Source: Planctomycetia bacterium (GTDB lineage: Bacteria > Planctomycetota > MHYJ01 > WSZJ01). From it: a stretch of DNA of 64,000 nucleotides. The notes under the pieces are model-generated. The model did not search any database and was not told where the DNA came from. It worked only from the letters and a program-made list of their open reading frames with translations. Of the stretch, positions 1 through 8,751 are shown piece after piece (positions within the stretch are counted from its first letter, which is position 1; every line of letters starts with the position of its first letter). The translations under genes and the position numbers were made by a program. Location of the stretch: contig JADLHC010000085.1 of NCBI GenBank assembly GCA_020849035.1, forward strand, positions 11,053 through 75,052, written 5' to 3'.

Positions 1-342
1 ATCGAGGAGAAGATCCGGGCGATCGCGGCGAAGGTCTACAACGCGAAGGGCGTGACGTTCTCGCCGCATGCAAAGGGGCGGATGAAGCGGCTGGAGCGGC
101 TGGGTCTGGGCGGGCTCGCGGTGTGCATGGCGAAGACGCACCTGTCGACGTCGCACGACCCGGAGCTCAAGGGGGCGCCCGAGGGATTCACGGTGCCGGT
201 CCGCGAGATCCGGGTCTCGGCGGGCGCCGGGTTCGTGGTGCCGCTGCTGGGCGACATCACGACGATGCCGGGGCTTCCCTCGCACCCGGCGGGCGAGCGG
301 ATTTCGCTCGACGACGACGGCAACGTGACGGGCCTCGCGTGA
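1..342 (+). CDS. fhs: formate--tetrahydrofolate ligase, C-terminal fragment (5' end outside window)
   Basis: Frame 1 is open from nt 1. The translation ...GLGGLAVCMAKTHLSTSHDPELKGAPEGFTVPVREIRVSAGAGFVVPLLGDITTMPGLP... matches the conserved FTHFS C-terminus. Stop TGA 340-342 overlaps the folD GTG start. Confidence 0.9.
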   Translation: MEEKIRAIAAKVYNAKGVTFSPHAKGRMKRLERLGLGGLAVCMAKTHLSTSHDPELKGAPEGFTVPVREIRVSAGAGFVVPLLGDITTMPGLPSHPAGERISLDDDGNVTGLA

Positions 343-1208
343 GCGCGGTCCTCCTCGACGGCCACGCCATCGCTTCCGAGCTCCTCGCCCGGGTCAAGGC
401 CGACGCGCAGGCCCTCCGGGACACCGGCCGCCCGGCGCATCTCGCGGCGCTCATCGCGGGCCACGCGGGGGCGAGCGAGGTTTACCTGAAGAACCAGAAA
501 AAGGCGTGCGCCGAGGCGGGGATCGGGTTCGAGATCCGGCAGCTCCCGGACACCGTGACCGAAGCGGACGCGATCGCCGAGGTCCGCCGGCTCGGCGCGG
601 ACGCGAAGGTCACCGGGATCATCCTGCACCAGCCTTTCCCTGCCCACATCGACGAGCGGCGGGTCCGGGAGGCGCTGGAGCCATCGAAGGACGTGGAGTC
701 GATGACCCCGGCGAACTTCGGGCGCCTTGTCATGGGCCGGTTCGCGATCGCGCCGTCCACGGCATCGGCCGCGCTCGAGCTGGCGCGCCGCGCCCGCCCC
801 GACATGACGGGGCTGGAGTGCGTGATCGTCGGGCACTCGGAAATCGTTGGGAAGCCGCTGGCGCTTCTGCTGCTCCAGTCCGCGCGGAACTCGCCGACGG
901 TGACGACGTGCCACATCGCGACGCGGGACCTGAAATTCCACACGAGCCGCGCGGACCTGCTGTTCGTGGCGGCGGGGGTTCCTGGGCTGCTGAAGAAGGA
1001 CATGGTAAAGCCGGGTGCGACGGTGATCGACATCGGGATCAACCGGGTGAAGGGCGCGGACGGGAAGATGCGGATCGTAGGGGACGCGGATCCTGCGGTG
1101 GCGGAGGTCGCGGGTCACCTGACGCCGGTCCCGGGCGGCGTGGGGCCGATCACGGTGGCGGTGCTGCTGCGAAACACGGTGGAGTTGGCGCAGAACCGGC
1201 CGGCCTGA
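339..1208 (+). CDS. folD: bifunctional methylenetetrahydrofolate dehydrogenase/cyclohydrolase
   Basis: GTG at 339 (GTGA overlap with fhs). The translation VLLDGHAIASELL...GIILHQPFP...VIVGHSEIVGKPLALLL...TPVPGGVGPITVAVLLRNTV is a typical FolD. It is adjacent to fhs. Confidence 0.93.
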   Translation: MSAVLLDGHAIASELLARVKADAQALRDTGRPAHLAALIAGHAGASEVYLKNQKKACAEAGIGFEIRQLPDTVTEADAIAEVRRLGADAKVTGIILHQPFPAHIDERRVREALEPSKDVESMTPANFGRLVMGRFAIAPSTASAALELARRARPDMTGLECVIVGHSEIVGKPLALLLLQSARNSPTVTTCHIATRDLKFHTSRADLLFVAAGVPGLLKKDMVKPGATVIDIGINRVKGADGKMRIVGDADPAVAEVAGHLTPVPGGVGPITVAVLLRNTVELAQNRPA

Positions 1209-1216
1209 ATACGAAC

Positions 1217-1240
1217 GGGGCCGGGCATTCGCCCGGCCCC
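1217..1240. terminator. GC-rich hairpin between convergent genes (10-bp perfect stem, 4-nt loop)
   Basis: ggggccgggc-attc-gcccggcccc lies between the folD stop and the stop of the 1263-2879 gene. No clear U tract. Confidence 0.45.
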
Positions 1241-1262
1241 GCGCTGAATCGATCCGGTGAGC

Positions 1263-2879
1263 TTACTTCGCCGACTTTTTCGAGCGCCGGCGCGACAGGA
1301 GCCAGAGGCCGAACAGGAGGGGCGCCTCGGCGCCGGTCAAGCCGCACTTGCTGCGCTTGTGGTGCCCGCTCTTGTGGTTGTCCCCGATGTCCGCTCCGTT
1401 GTCGTTGTAGGGCGTTCCGCCGCTGCCGCCGCCGCCGCCGCCACCGCCGCCCGGGGGCCCGCCGATGCCCGTGCCGGACTGGCAAGTGATGAAGATCGGG
1501 GTGAAGCCGGGGGTTGCCGGAACGCTGGCGACCAGGATGCCGTCGATGCCGTAGTGATTGATCGAAGCGGTGCCGGTGTCGCAGAAGACGACTTCGGAGT
1601 CGTCGTTGTCGACCGCGACGCCGTAGTGATTCGGCGTGGCGTCATCCGCGGGGGTGGAGTCCGCGAAGTAGAGCGTGGTCTTGTCGGAGACGATCGGCGA
1701 CCCCGGCGGGGTCAGCGACGCCGTGACCTTCACGCCGATGATCCCGTCCGTGGCCGGCGCGGCGACCGAGACATCCGTGTCGGCGACATAGGCGACGGTG
1801 GAGGTCCTGAGCCAGGCGATGCCCACGGGAACCCAGAACGCCGGCGTCGTGACGTCGAGCGGCGTCGTGGGCGGCAGGATCGGCGGCACCACGCCCGCAT
1901 CGACCTTCAGCGAGTTCGCGTCGGCCGGCCAGTCGATCACCATGACGTAGCCGGGGGACGGCGGGAACGGGGGCGGAGCCGGCTCCGGGCACGCCCCGGT
2001 GTTCGAGACGTAGCAGCGCGAGCCGCCCGACGCGTACGACAGTGTGCTGTTGCTGAACGCCAGGATATAGGAGTGGTCGTAGAGCGTCGTCGGCAGTTCC
2101 GTCACCGTCAGGTTCGCAACCCAGTCACCCAGCGCGTCGATCGTGAAGCCATGCACGTTGCTGATGTTCACGCCGCTCATTTCCGTGTGGCAGGCGAAGT
2201 ACACCTTGCTCAGGTCCGGGGCGATATCGATGGACCAGGGAACAATGGCGCCCTCGACCGGCGTTCCGCTGGCCTCGGGAATGCCGAGCGTCCCCCATTC
2301 GCCGGACATCGACGCCTCACCCGTGCCTTGCCCGCAGTCGATGCGGTCGTTCGGGTGCGTGGCGGGCGTGAAGCTGTACGACAGGCTGGCCGCGGGAAGC
2401 GGAGAATCCTGGCGAAGGATGCGGATGGAGGGCAGGGTCGTTCCGCCTCCGGAGCAGGTCACGTAGATGCGGCTGCCGGACGGGTGGAACCGAAGGAAAC
2501 CCACGCCCGGGGTGTCGACGGCGATGGCCGCATCGCGCATGTCGACCGTCTGGATCACCTGTCCGTAGGTCGGGCTCGACGGCAGGATGTCCACGATCAC
2601 AACGAACGGGTCATCCGTGAAGGCGAGGATCGGGCATTCGCTCGCGGCATAGGACAGCGCCTGGATGTCGAACGGCGCCGTGATCGCGTAAGTAGAAGAG
2701 ACGCGCGGATCGGGAGCAGCGGGAAGCGCAACGGTGATGCCCAGCGTGTCCGTGGATGAGTCGAAGCTCCGGACTTGCCCGGCGCCGAGCGTCTGCTCCG
2801 TGTACCAGAAGATGTCCGCGCGCGCGGCACTTGCGGTCAGGGCAAGCGCCAGCACCGCCAGAACGTTGCGAACCCTCAC
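1263..2879 (-). CDS. secreted hypothetical protein with poly-Gly linker and C-terminal Cys/TM/basic sorting-like tail
   Basis: GTG at 2879 is preceded by AAGGAGG (2884-2890). Signal peptide VRVRNVLAVLALALTASAARA. C-terminus GGGGGGGGGSGG...HHKRSKCGLTGAEAPLLFGLWLLSRRRSKKSAK. The body was not recognised. Confidence 0.75.
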   Translation of the reverse strand: MRVRNVLAVLALALTASAARADIFWYTEQTLGAGQVRSFDSSTDTLGITVALPAAPDPRVSSTYAITAPFDIQALSYAASECPILAFTDDPFVVIVDILPSSPTYGQVIQTVDMRDAAIAVDTPGVGFLRFHPSGSRIYVTCSGGGTTLPSIRILRQDSPLPAASLSYSFTPATHPNDRIDCGQGTGEASMSGEWGTLGIPEASGTPVEGAIVPWSIDIAPDLSKVYFACHTEMSGVNISNVHGFTIDALGDWVANLTVTELPTTLYDHSYILAFSNSTLSYASGGSRCYVSNTGACPEPAPPPFPPSPGYVMVIDWPADANSLKVDAGVVPPILPPTTPLDVTTPAFWVPVGIAWLRTSTVAYVADTDVSVAAPATDGIIGVKVTASLTPPGSPIVSDKTTLYFADSTPADDATPNHYGVAVDNDDSEVVFCDTGTASINHYGIDGILVASVPATPGFTPIFITCQSGTGIGGPPGGGGGGGGGSGGTPYNDNGADIGDNHKSGHHKRSKCGLTGAEAPLLFGLWLLSRRRSKKSAK

Positions 2880-2913
2880 GTCCCCTCCTTTCGCCCACCT
2901 CAGGGCTGGTAGA

Positions 2914-2934
2914 CCCTTTACAGGCTGTAAAGGG
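2914..2934. promoter_or_regulatory. 21-bp perfect palindrome in a divergent promoter region
   Basis: ccctttacag-g-ctgtaaaggg lies between the divergent starts at 2879 (-) and 3074 (+). Confidence 0.3.
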
Positions 2935-3073
2935 CAGGGCCTTGAAACCCTCTTTTCCAAGCGTTTCCGGTCAGGATGGCCTATGTCTTGCAACCCCCGT
3001 ACCGCTCAGAGTGGCGCGGCATTCTACAGGAATTGCTAAGCGTGCAAACCGAAATTGAACCTACAATGGACGC

Positions 3074-3979
3074 GTGAAAAGAAGGGCCGTTACAGCCGCC
3101 CTGGCCGTCGTACTCGCCGCATGCGGGACCCCGCCGCCGACGCCCCCGCCCGGCCCCGAACCCGGCCACACCCGCCTGACGTCCGGCTCCGTCACCGAAG
3201 ATCCCTTCGCGTTCGGCTCGAACATCCTCGTCTCCACGAGGCCCGACGGTTCCCGCTATCGGCTCGGCTCCCTCATGCCCGGCGGCCCCGCCATCCGCAC
3301 CCTCCTCACGGGCGAGGGCGACCTGCGCTTCCCGGCTCTTTCGCCGGAGCTGTCTCGAATCGCGTGGGCGGGGAACGCCCGCGGCGGCTGGGACATCTAC
3401 GCCATGCCCATGATGGCCCTGGGCACAGGCAAGCCGGAACTGCTCGTGGACTCGGACGACGACGAGACGGGCCCGACCTGGGCGCCCGACGGGAAGCGGC
3501 TCGCGTTCTCGGCATTCGACCGGCGCGCGGGTTCGTGGCGCCTGAGGCTTCGGACCCCGGAGGGCGCGATCCGCGACCTGGGGGACGGATTCGCGCCGGC
3601 GTGGCATCCCTCGGCGGACCGCATCGTGTGCCAGCGTGCGCGCCCGGACGGCGGGCCGTGGAGCATCGCGATCGTGGACGTGGCGAGCGGCGTGTCGACG
3701 GACGTGTGGCCGGACGCGAAGCGCGGCGGCATCACGCCGGCCTGGTCGTCCGACGGCGAGTGGATCCTGTTCGCCGCCCGGACGGAGGGTGCCGACGGCG
3801 CCGCGGCCTGCGACGGCCTCTGGGCCGTGACTCAGGACGGCGCGCGCCGCGTGCGCCTCACCGCCGCGGGCCCCGAGACGTTCTCGCCGCGCGAAACGGA
3901 GGACCGCCGCATCGTCTACTGCCGCCGCGAGGGAAGCACGGTCGAGCTGTGGTCGTTCGCCTCCCCGCTGCCCCGGTAG
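3074..3979 (+). CDS. TolB-like PD40 beta-propeller lipoprotein
   Basis: GTG start. Lipobox in MKRRAVTAALAVVLAACG. Repeated PD40-type motifs (TWAPDGKRLAFSA, PAWHPSADRIV, PAWSSDGEWILFAA). Confidence 0.8.
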   Translation: MKRRAVTAALAVVLAACGTPPPTPPPGPEPGHTRLTSGSVTEDPFAFGSNILVSTRPDGSRYRLGSLMPGGPAIRTLLTGEGDLRFPALSPELSRIAWAGNARGGWDIYAMPMMALGTGKPELLVDSDDDETGPTWAPDGKRLAFSAFDRRAGSWRLRLRTPEGAIRDLGDGFAPAWHPSADRIVCQRARPDGGPWSIAIVDVASGVSTDVWPDAKRGGITPAWSSDGEWILFAARTEGADGAAACDGLWAVTQDGARRVRLTAAGPETFSPRETEDRRIVYCRREGSTVELWSFASPLPR

Positions 3980-4020
3980 CGACAGCGCGCTGCCCCATCC
4001 CTGCCCCCCGATCCCCCGGG

Positions 4021-4108
4021 CTCTTTTCGTTTCAGGGGACCCTGCGATCGAGGGGCGCGCGGCCTTTCGTGCGCTCCTCGATCGCAGGGTTCCCTGAAAC
4101 GAAAAGAG
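4021..4108. repeat. long inverted repeat (33-bp arms with 1 mismatch, 22-nt loop) between convergent genes
   Basis: The arm ctcttttcgtttcaggggaccctgcgatcgagg pairs with cctcgatcgcagggttccctgaaacgaaaagag. A second 8-bp hairpin, gaccccgg...ccggggtc, follows at 4109-4140. Confidence 0.8.
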
Positions 4109-4300
4109 GACCCCGGCCGGCCAGCGGCCGAACCGGGGTCCATTCGGAGAGGGGCGTCTTCAGGGTGGCGGGGCGCTCGTTCCGTCCGTCCTTCGTTCCG
4201 TCACATCTGCGTCACCGGCCACGCTTTACATATCGGCACCCGCGGCGCGCGGCCTGAGAAAATTCCGGCGGGCAAATCCGCCATTTTTATTTCGCGGCCC

Positions 4301-4708
4301 CTAGCCCGTCTTCACCGCACGCCCGTCCGCCGCCGCCGCGCCCTTCATCGCCGCCACCGCTTCACCGAACATCCCCCGCAGCTTCCCCAGGATCGCCAGC
4401 GCCTCGTCCGCGGGCGCCGTGGCTCCCTCGACGTTCGCCGCGACGAGCCTGCGGTACACGAACATGTACAGACCGGCGAGGTTCCGTCGCAACTCGGGAG
4501 ACAGAGAGGGGTCCAGCGCCGCGCACAGCTCCAGCGCGATCGCCTGCGCGCGGAGGTAGAGGGGCGAAGCGCCCGCGCGGTCCCCTGCGGCGGCCTTTTC
4601 GCGCGCCTGGGTGGCGAAACGGACGGCGCCGTCGAGGAGCATGAGGAGGAGCTTCTCCTTCGGCGCGGTGAGCACCTGGGTCTCGAGGTAGCGGCGGGCT
4701 TCGTTCAT
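4301..4708 (-). CDS. fliS: flagellar export chaperone FliS
   Basis: The translation MNEARRYLETQVLTAPKEKLLLMLLDGAVRF...LYLRAQAIALEL...NLAGLYMFVYRRL is FliS-like. ATG at 4708 overlaps the fliD TGA by 1 nt. Confidence 0.88.
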   Translation of the reverse strand: MNEARRYLETQVLTAPKEKLLLMLLDGAVRFATQAREKAAAGDRAGASPLYLRAQAIALELCAALDPSLSPELRRNLAGLYMFVYRRLVAANVEGATAPADEALAILGKLRGMFGEAVAAMKGAAAADGRAVKTG

Positions 4709-7700
4709 CAACGGCCTCCGGACCGGGAGGACTGGATCGACTGGAGAAGCGGCGTCAGCGTCGCGCCGAGGAGGGAGAGCGTCGCGTTGTTCTGCGAGAG
4801 GAACTCCTCGAGCGCCGCGAACCGGCGCGTGAGGCGGTCGACGGACTGCTGGACGCGCTTCTCCGCCGCCGCGATGTCGTCGCGGAGGCGGTCGATGGAG
4901 CGCTCGATGCCGGAGGACTTGCGGGCGATGAGGCCGTCGGGCGACGTGGCGAGGGAGTCGAGGCCCTCGATGGCGCGCCGTGCGGCGCCGGGGTCGCGCG
5001 TGAGGTCGACGGGCGAGCCGGAGAGGAGGGGCGCGCCGTCGACGGCCTTCTGGATCCCCAGCTGGGCCGCGGCGGGCGAGCCTCCGAGCGGGTCGACGCG
5101 GAAGGAGGCGGCGCCTGCGGTCGCGTCGGCGAGCTGGAGCGAGCGGCCGTCGGGCGCGATGGACGCGACGAGGGAGCCGGCGTTCTCGGGGTCGGTGTTG
5201 ATGCGGTCGAGAAGCTGCGCGACGGTGCCGACGCCCGCGAGGGAGACGGAGACGGACGAGCCGTCGTGAAGGGTGACGCGGAAATCGTCGCCGGAGGCGC
5301 TGCGCTCGACGCCGAGGCCGTTGCGGAAGTCGGCGAGCTTCGTGTCCAGGGCGAGCGTGCGGCCGGCGCTGAAGAAGTCGCGGACCTGCTCCGGCGCGGA
5401 GGCGAGCGCGGCGTCGAGCTTCGCCTCGTTCACGCCCAGGCGCCCGTCCTGGCCGAGCTCGAGCCCGAGCGCGGCGTAGTCGCGGATCGAGCCGCCCGGC
5501 AGCCCGGTCACCGGGCGGTTGAACAGGTCGAAGAGGGCGCGCTCGGCGGCGCGGAGGGTGGGGTCGCCGAAGAGCGGGCCGGCGGTGTTCGTGGCGGTGT
5601 CGAACGCGCCCAGCTTGTCGATCGCCTCGGCGGCCGCGTTGAACGCCGCGGCGAGGCCCTTGATCGCGTCCTTCGCGGCCGACGGGTCCTGCGTGACGGT
5701 CACGCCGACGGGCCCGCCCGGCGCGCGGAGGTCCAGCGTCAGGCCCGGCGCCGCGCCCGCGACGCTGTTCGTCGGCGACTGGACGAGAGTCGACGCGGAG
5801 CCGCTTCCCGTAATCACCTGCGCCTCCTGCCCCGGGGCGAGGAGGCCGACGAGGAGTGAGGCGACGTTGGTGTCGACGACGAAGCGTCCGCGGGATCCGG
5901 TGCGTGTGGCGGAGAGGGCGAGGTGGAAAGGGGTGGAGAGGGAGCCGTCGGAGACGGCGGCGGCGGAGACGGGGATGCCGAGGGCATTGAGGCGCGTGAC
6001 GACCGCGTTGAGGGAGTCCCCGGAGGTGATGGCGGCGTGGATTTCGAAGGTGCCGTCGAGGATGCCGGGGTTGAGGACGGGGGCGGCGCCCAGGAGGCGG
6101 AGGTCGCGGGCGGTGCGGCCGCCGGCGACCTCGTCGACGCGGATGGAGCCGGCGCCGGCGGCCTGGACGAGGACGAACCCGTCGCCCGCGTCGTTGATGC
6201 GGGCGCGGAGGGAGGATCCGACGGACGAGGCGGCCGCGTTGATCTCGTCGACGACGTCGAAGGCCGTGTCGTCGTCGGGTTGCGAGAGGTCGACGACGAA
6301 CGAGACACCCGCGCGGTCGGTCACGCGGATCTTTCCGGGCTGGACGCCGCCGCCCGCGTTGAGGGAAGCGAGGCGCGTGTTGTCCTGGATGAGGGCGGGG
6401 TCCGTGTCGGCGCCGCGGACCCGCCCCGGGTCGGAGCCGACGCGGAACGAGTCGCCGGCGAGGGCGCCGGCGGCGGAGGGGTCGCCCGCGAGCGTGAGCG
6501 TGCCGGTCGAGGGATCGAAGCCGGTCACGTCGAACGAGGCGCCCGCGGCCGCGCCCGACGTGAAGGTCAGCGTGTCGTTGACGAACGTGGCGGAGTCCAT
6601 CCCCGCGAACTCCGCCGCTTCGACCGTGCTCGCCGTGACCGAGGCGGCCGCGGCCGCCGTCACCAGCCCGAGGTCGCGCGCCGTCGTCGAGCCCGCTTCC
6701 GACACGCTCATCGCCCCCGCGCCGCCGGCGAGGTCCCTCAGCTCGAGGCCGTTGCCGGCGGCGTTGAAGCGCGCCTCGAACAGGCCGGCGCCGGCGCGAT
6801 TGACCTCGGAAACGATGGCGTTGACGGTCTCGCGGGCACGGAAGGCCCCGGCGCCGACCCCGGCGGAGACGGGAGCCGTGAAGGTGACGTCGTACGCTCC
6901 TCCGCCGGCAGCGGCCGTGCTCTTCACGACCGCGTACTCGTTCGCCGCGCCGTCGGAGAGGCGCAGGACCATGCCCGGCCGGATGTCGGCGGCGCCGGCG
7001 ATGGTGAGCGTGTCTGGCCCGACGACGCCGGTGACCGCGGTGCGGAGGCGCGGGGAGAGATCGACGGCCGAGGTTCCGCCGGCCGTGTCGGCGACCGAGA
7101 TCGTGCCTCCGGTCACGCCCTGGATGTCGGTCGCCGCCGGCGCGGCGCCGTCAGGGTAGTACTGCGCGGTCCCGCCGTTCAGCGTCCGCGCGAGCAGCCC
7201 GTTCAGGTCGGGGATGAGCCGCGCGCCGCTGAGGAAGTTCCGCCCGGCGCCCGCCGACGGATCGCCTGCCAGTTCGCTTCCGACGAGCAGCCCCAGGTCC
7301 AGCGCCGCGTTCGACCCCGGCGACGCCGTCACGACGAGGTTCCCCGCCCCGCCCGCCGTGTCCGTCAGCTCGATCGCGTTCCCTTCGGCGTTCAGCGCCG
7401 CCGTCACCGCGCCGCCCGTCGCCGTGCCGATCGCCGCAATCGCGTCGCCGACCGTCTCCGCCCCGGCGACGTCGACGGCGTACACCGAGCCGTCCGTCGC
7501 GGTGATCGTGAAGTCCGCGCCCGCCGCCTGGCGCACCCCGGCGCCGTCGTTGAGCAGCGCCAGCTTCGTCGCCGCGGTGACGACGTTCACGTTCGAGCCG
7601 AAGAGCGTCTCCCCCGCCGCGACCGCGCCCGTCAGCCCGAGGTCGGTCGCGGTCGTGTCGCCCGCTCCGTCGAGCACTTCGAGGGACCCGGCGCCGGCGT

Positions 7701-8322
7701 ACTGCAGGACGATGCGGTCGCCCTCGACGCGGGCCGCGACCGGCATCCCGCTTCCGTTGAGCGCATCCACGACGTCCTGCACGCCCGCCGCGGCCCGCAG
7801 GTCCACCTGCGCCGTGGTCGTCACGGCGCCGACCGTCTGCCGGAGCAGCAGGACCCCGCGGTCCACCCCGGCGCCCCCGTTCAGGGTCTCCAGCGGCGTG
7901 TTCCGCGCCAGCCCCTGCCCGCCCACCTCGATCGAGAGGTCCCCCGCCAGCCCAAGCGCCGCCGTCGCGCTCGCGAACCCCCCGCTCCTCATCTGCTGCG
8001 CCGACGCCAGCCGCGTCACCTCGAACAGGTGCGACCCCGGCGCCGCGCCGCCCGACGTCGCGTGCAGCACCATCTCGTTCGAGCTCGTCGCCAGCGTCTT
8101 TCCGAAGAGAAGCGGGTCCGCCAGGGGCGCCGCCGCCGTCTGCACGCCGAGGAGCGCGCTCGACAGGCTCATGTATGCCGCCTGTTTCGCCGCCTGCGAC
8201 GCGACGCGGCCCTGGAGCGTCTGGACGGAGCGGCGCTGGAGGGCCGTCAGCGCGTCGATGACCGCGCCGAGGTCCAGTCCGCTGGACGCCCCGCTGAAGC
8301 TCAGGCCGCTGACCGACGCCAT
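4708..8322 (-). CDS. fliD: flagellar filament cap protein FliD, unusually long (1204 aa) with internal repeats
   Basis: The N-terminus MASVSGLSFSGASSGLDLGAVIDALTALQRRSVQTLQ and the C-terminus IERSIDRLRDDIAAAEKRVQQSVDRLTRRFAALEEFLSQ are the FliD terminal coiled coils. The gene lies between flaG and fliS. Confidence 0.9.
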   Translation of the reverse strand: MASVSGLSFSGASSGLDLGAVIDALTALQRRSVQTLQGRVASQAAKQAAYMSLSSALLGVQTAAAPLADPLLFGKTLATSSNEMVLHATSGGAAPGSHLFEVTRLASAQQMRSGGFASATAALGLAGDLSIEVGGQGLARNTPLETLNGGAGVDRGVLLLRQTVGAVTTTAQVDLRAAAGVQDVVDALNGSGMPVAARVEGDRIVLQYAGAGSLEVLDGAGDTTATDLGLTGAVAAGETLFGSNVNVVTAATKLALLNDGAGVRQAAGADFTITATDGSVYAVDVAGAETVGDAIAAIGTATGGAVTAALNAEGNAIELTDTAGGAGNLVVTASPGSNAALDLGLLVGSELAGDPSAGAGRNFLSGARLIPDLNGLLARTLNGGTAQYYPDGAAPAATDIQGVTGGTISVADTAGGTSAVDLSPRLRTAVTGVVGPDTLTIAGAADIRPGMVLRLSDGAANEYAVVKSTAAAGGGAYDVTFTAPVSAGVGAGAFRARETVNAIVSEVNRAGAGLFEARFNAAGNGLELRDLAGGAGAMSVSEAGSTTARDLGLVTAAAAASVTASTVEAAEFAGMDSATFVNDTLTFTSGAAAGASFDVTGFDPSTGTLTLAGDPSAAGALAGDSFRVGSDPGRVRGADTDPALIQDNTRLASLNAGGGVQPGKIRVTDRAGVSFVVDLSQPDDDTAFDVVDEINAAASSVGSSLRARINDAGDGFVLVQAAGAGSIRVDEVAGGRTARDLRLLGAAPVLNPGILDGTFEIHAAITSGDSLNAVVTRLNALGIPVSAAAVSDGSLSTPFHLALSATRTGSRGRFVVDTNVASLLVGLLAPGQEAQVITGSGSASTLVQSPTNSVAGAAPGLTLDLRAPGGPVGVTVTQDPSAAKDAIKGLAAAFNAAAEAIDKLGAFDTATNTAGPLFGDPTLRAAERALFDLFNRPVTGLPGGSIRDYAALGLELGQDGRLGVNEAKLDAALASAPEQVRDFFSAGRTLALDTKLADFRNGLGVERSASGDDFRVTLHDGSSVSVSLAGVGTVAQLLDRINTDPENAGSLVASIAPDGRSLQLADATAGAASFRVDPLGGSPAAAQLGIQKAVDGAPLLSGSPVDLTRDPGAARRAIEGLDSLATSPDGLIARKSSGIERSIDRLRDDIAAAEKRVQQSVDRLTRRFAALEEFLSQNNATLSLLGATLTPLLQSIQSSRSGGR

Positions 8323-8682
8323 CTACGCCACCTCGTCGAAGATGAGCCCGATCGACCGGTCCACGGCCGCGCGGAAGTCGAGGAGCTTTTCCGGCGGCAC
8401 CGTCTTGACGATGTCTCCCGACTTCGGGTCGAGGACCCGCACCCAGAACTGCCCGCTGGCCTGGTGAATCCCGAATTGCACGTCGAGCGATCGGCCCGCG
8501 GCCGCCTCGTTCGCCCTCCGCACCGCCTCCTGCAGCCCCTCCCCGCCCGCCATGGCCGGCCCCTGCGCCGGCCCTCGCGCCTGCTCCTGCGCCGGCTCCG
8601 GCCGGGAGACCAGAAGCTGCGCCACGTCGCCGAACGACGTCGGCTGCGGCGCGCCTGCAAACCCGCTCATGATCGTGTTCAT
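8323..8682 (-). CDS. flaG: FlaG family flagellar protein
   Basis: The C-terminal part SLDVQFGIHQASGQFWVRVLDPKSGDIVKTVPPEKLLDF is a typical FlaG signature. SD AGGAG lies 8 nt upstream. The gene lies between fliC and fliD. Confidence 0.85.
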   Translation of the reverse strand: MNTIMSGFAGAPQPTSFGDVAQLLVSRPEPAQEQARGPAQGPAMAGGEGLQEAVRRANEAAAGRSLDVQFGIHQASGQFWVRVLDPKSGDIVKTVPPEKLLDFRAAVDRSIGLIFDEVA

Positions 8683-8708
8683 GGCGACTTCTCCTGCTCA
8701 GGTCAATC

Positions 8709-8743
8709 GGAAGGACGGCCCGCGCGCGGCGGGCCGCCCTTCC
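8709..8743 (-). terminator. stem-loop downstream of fliC (about 14 bp, 1 mismatch)
   Basis: On the minus strand, GGAAGGGCGGCCCGC...GCGGGCCGUCCUUCC begins 9 nt after the fliC TAA. The U tract is weak. Confidence 0.45.
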
Positions 8744-8751
8744 GGAATTCG

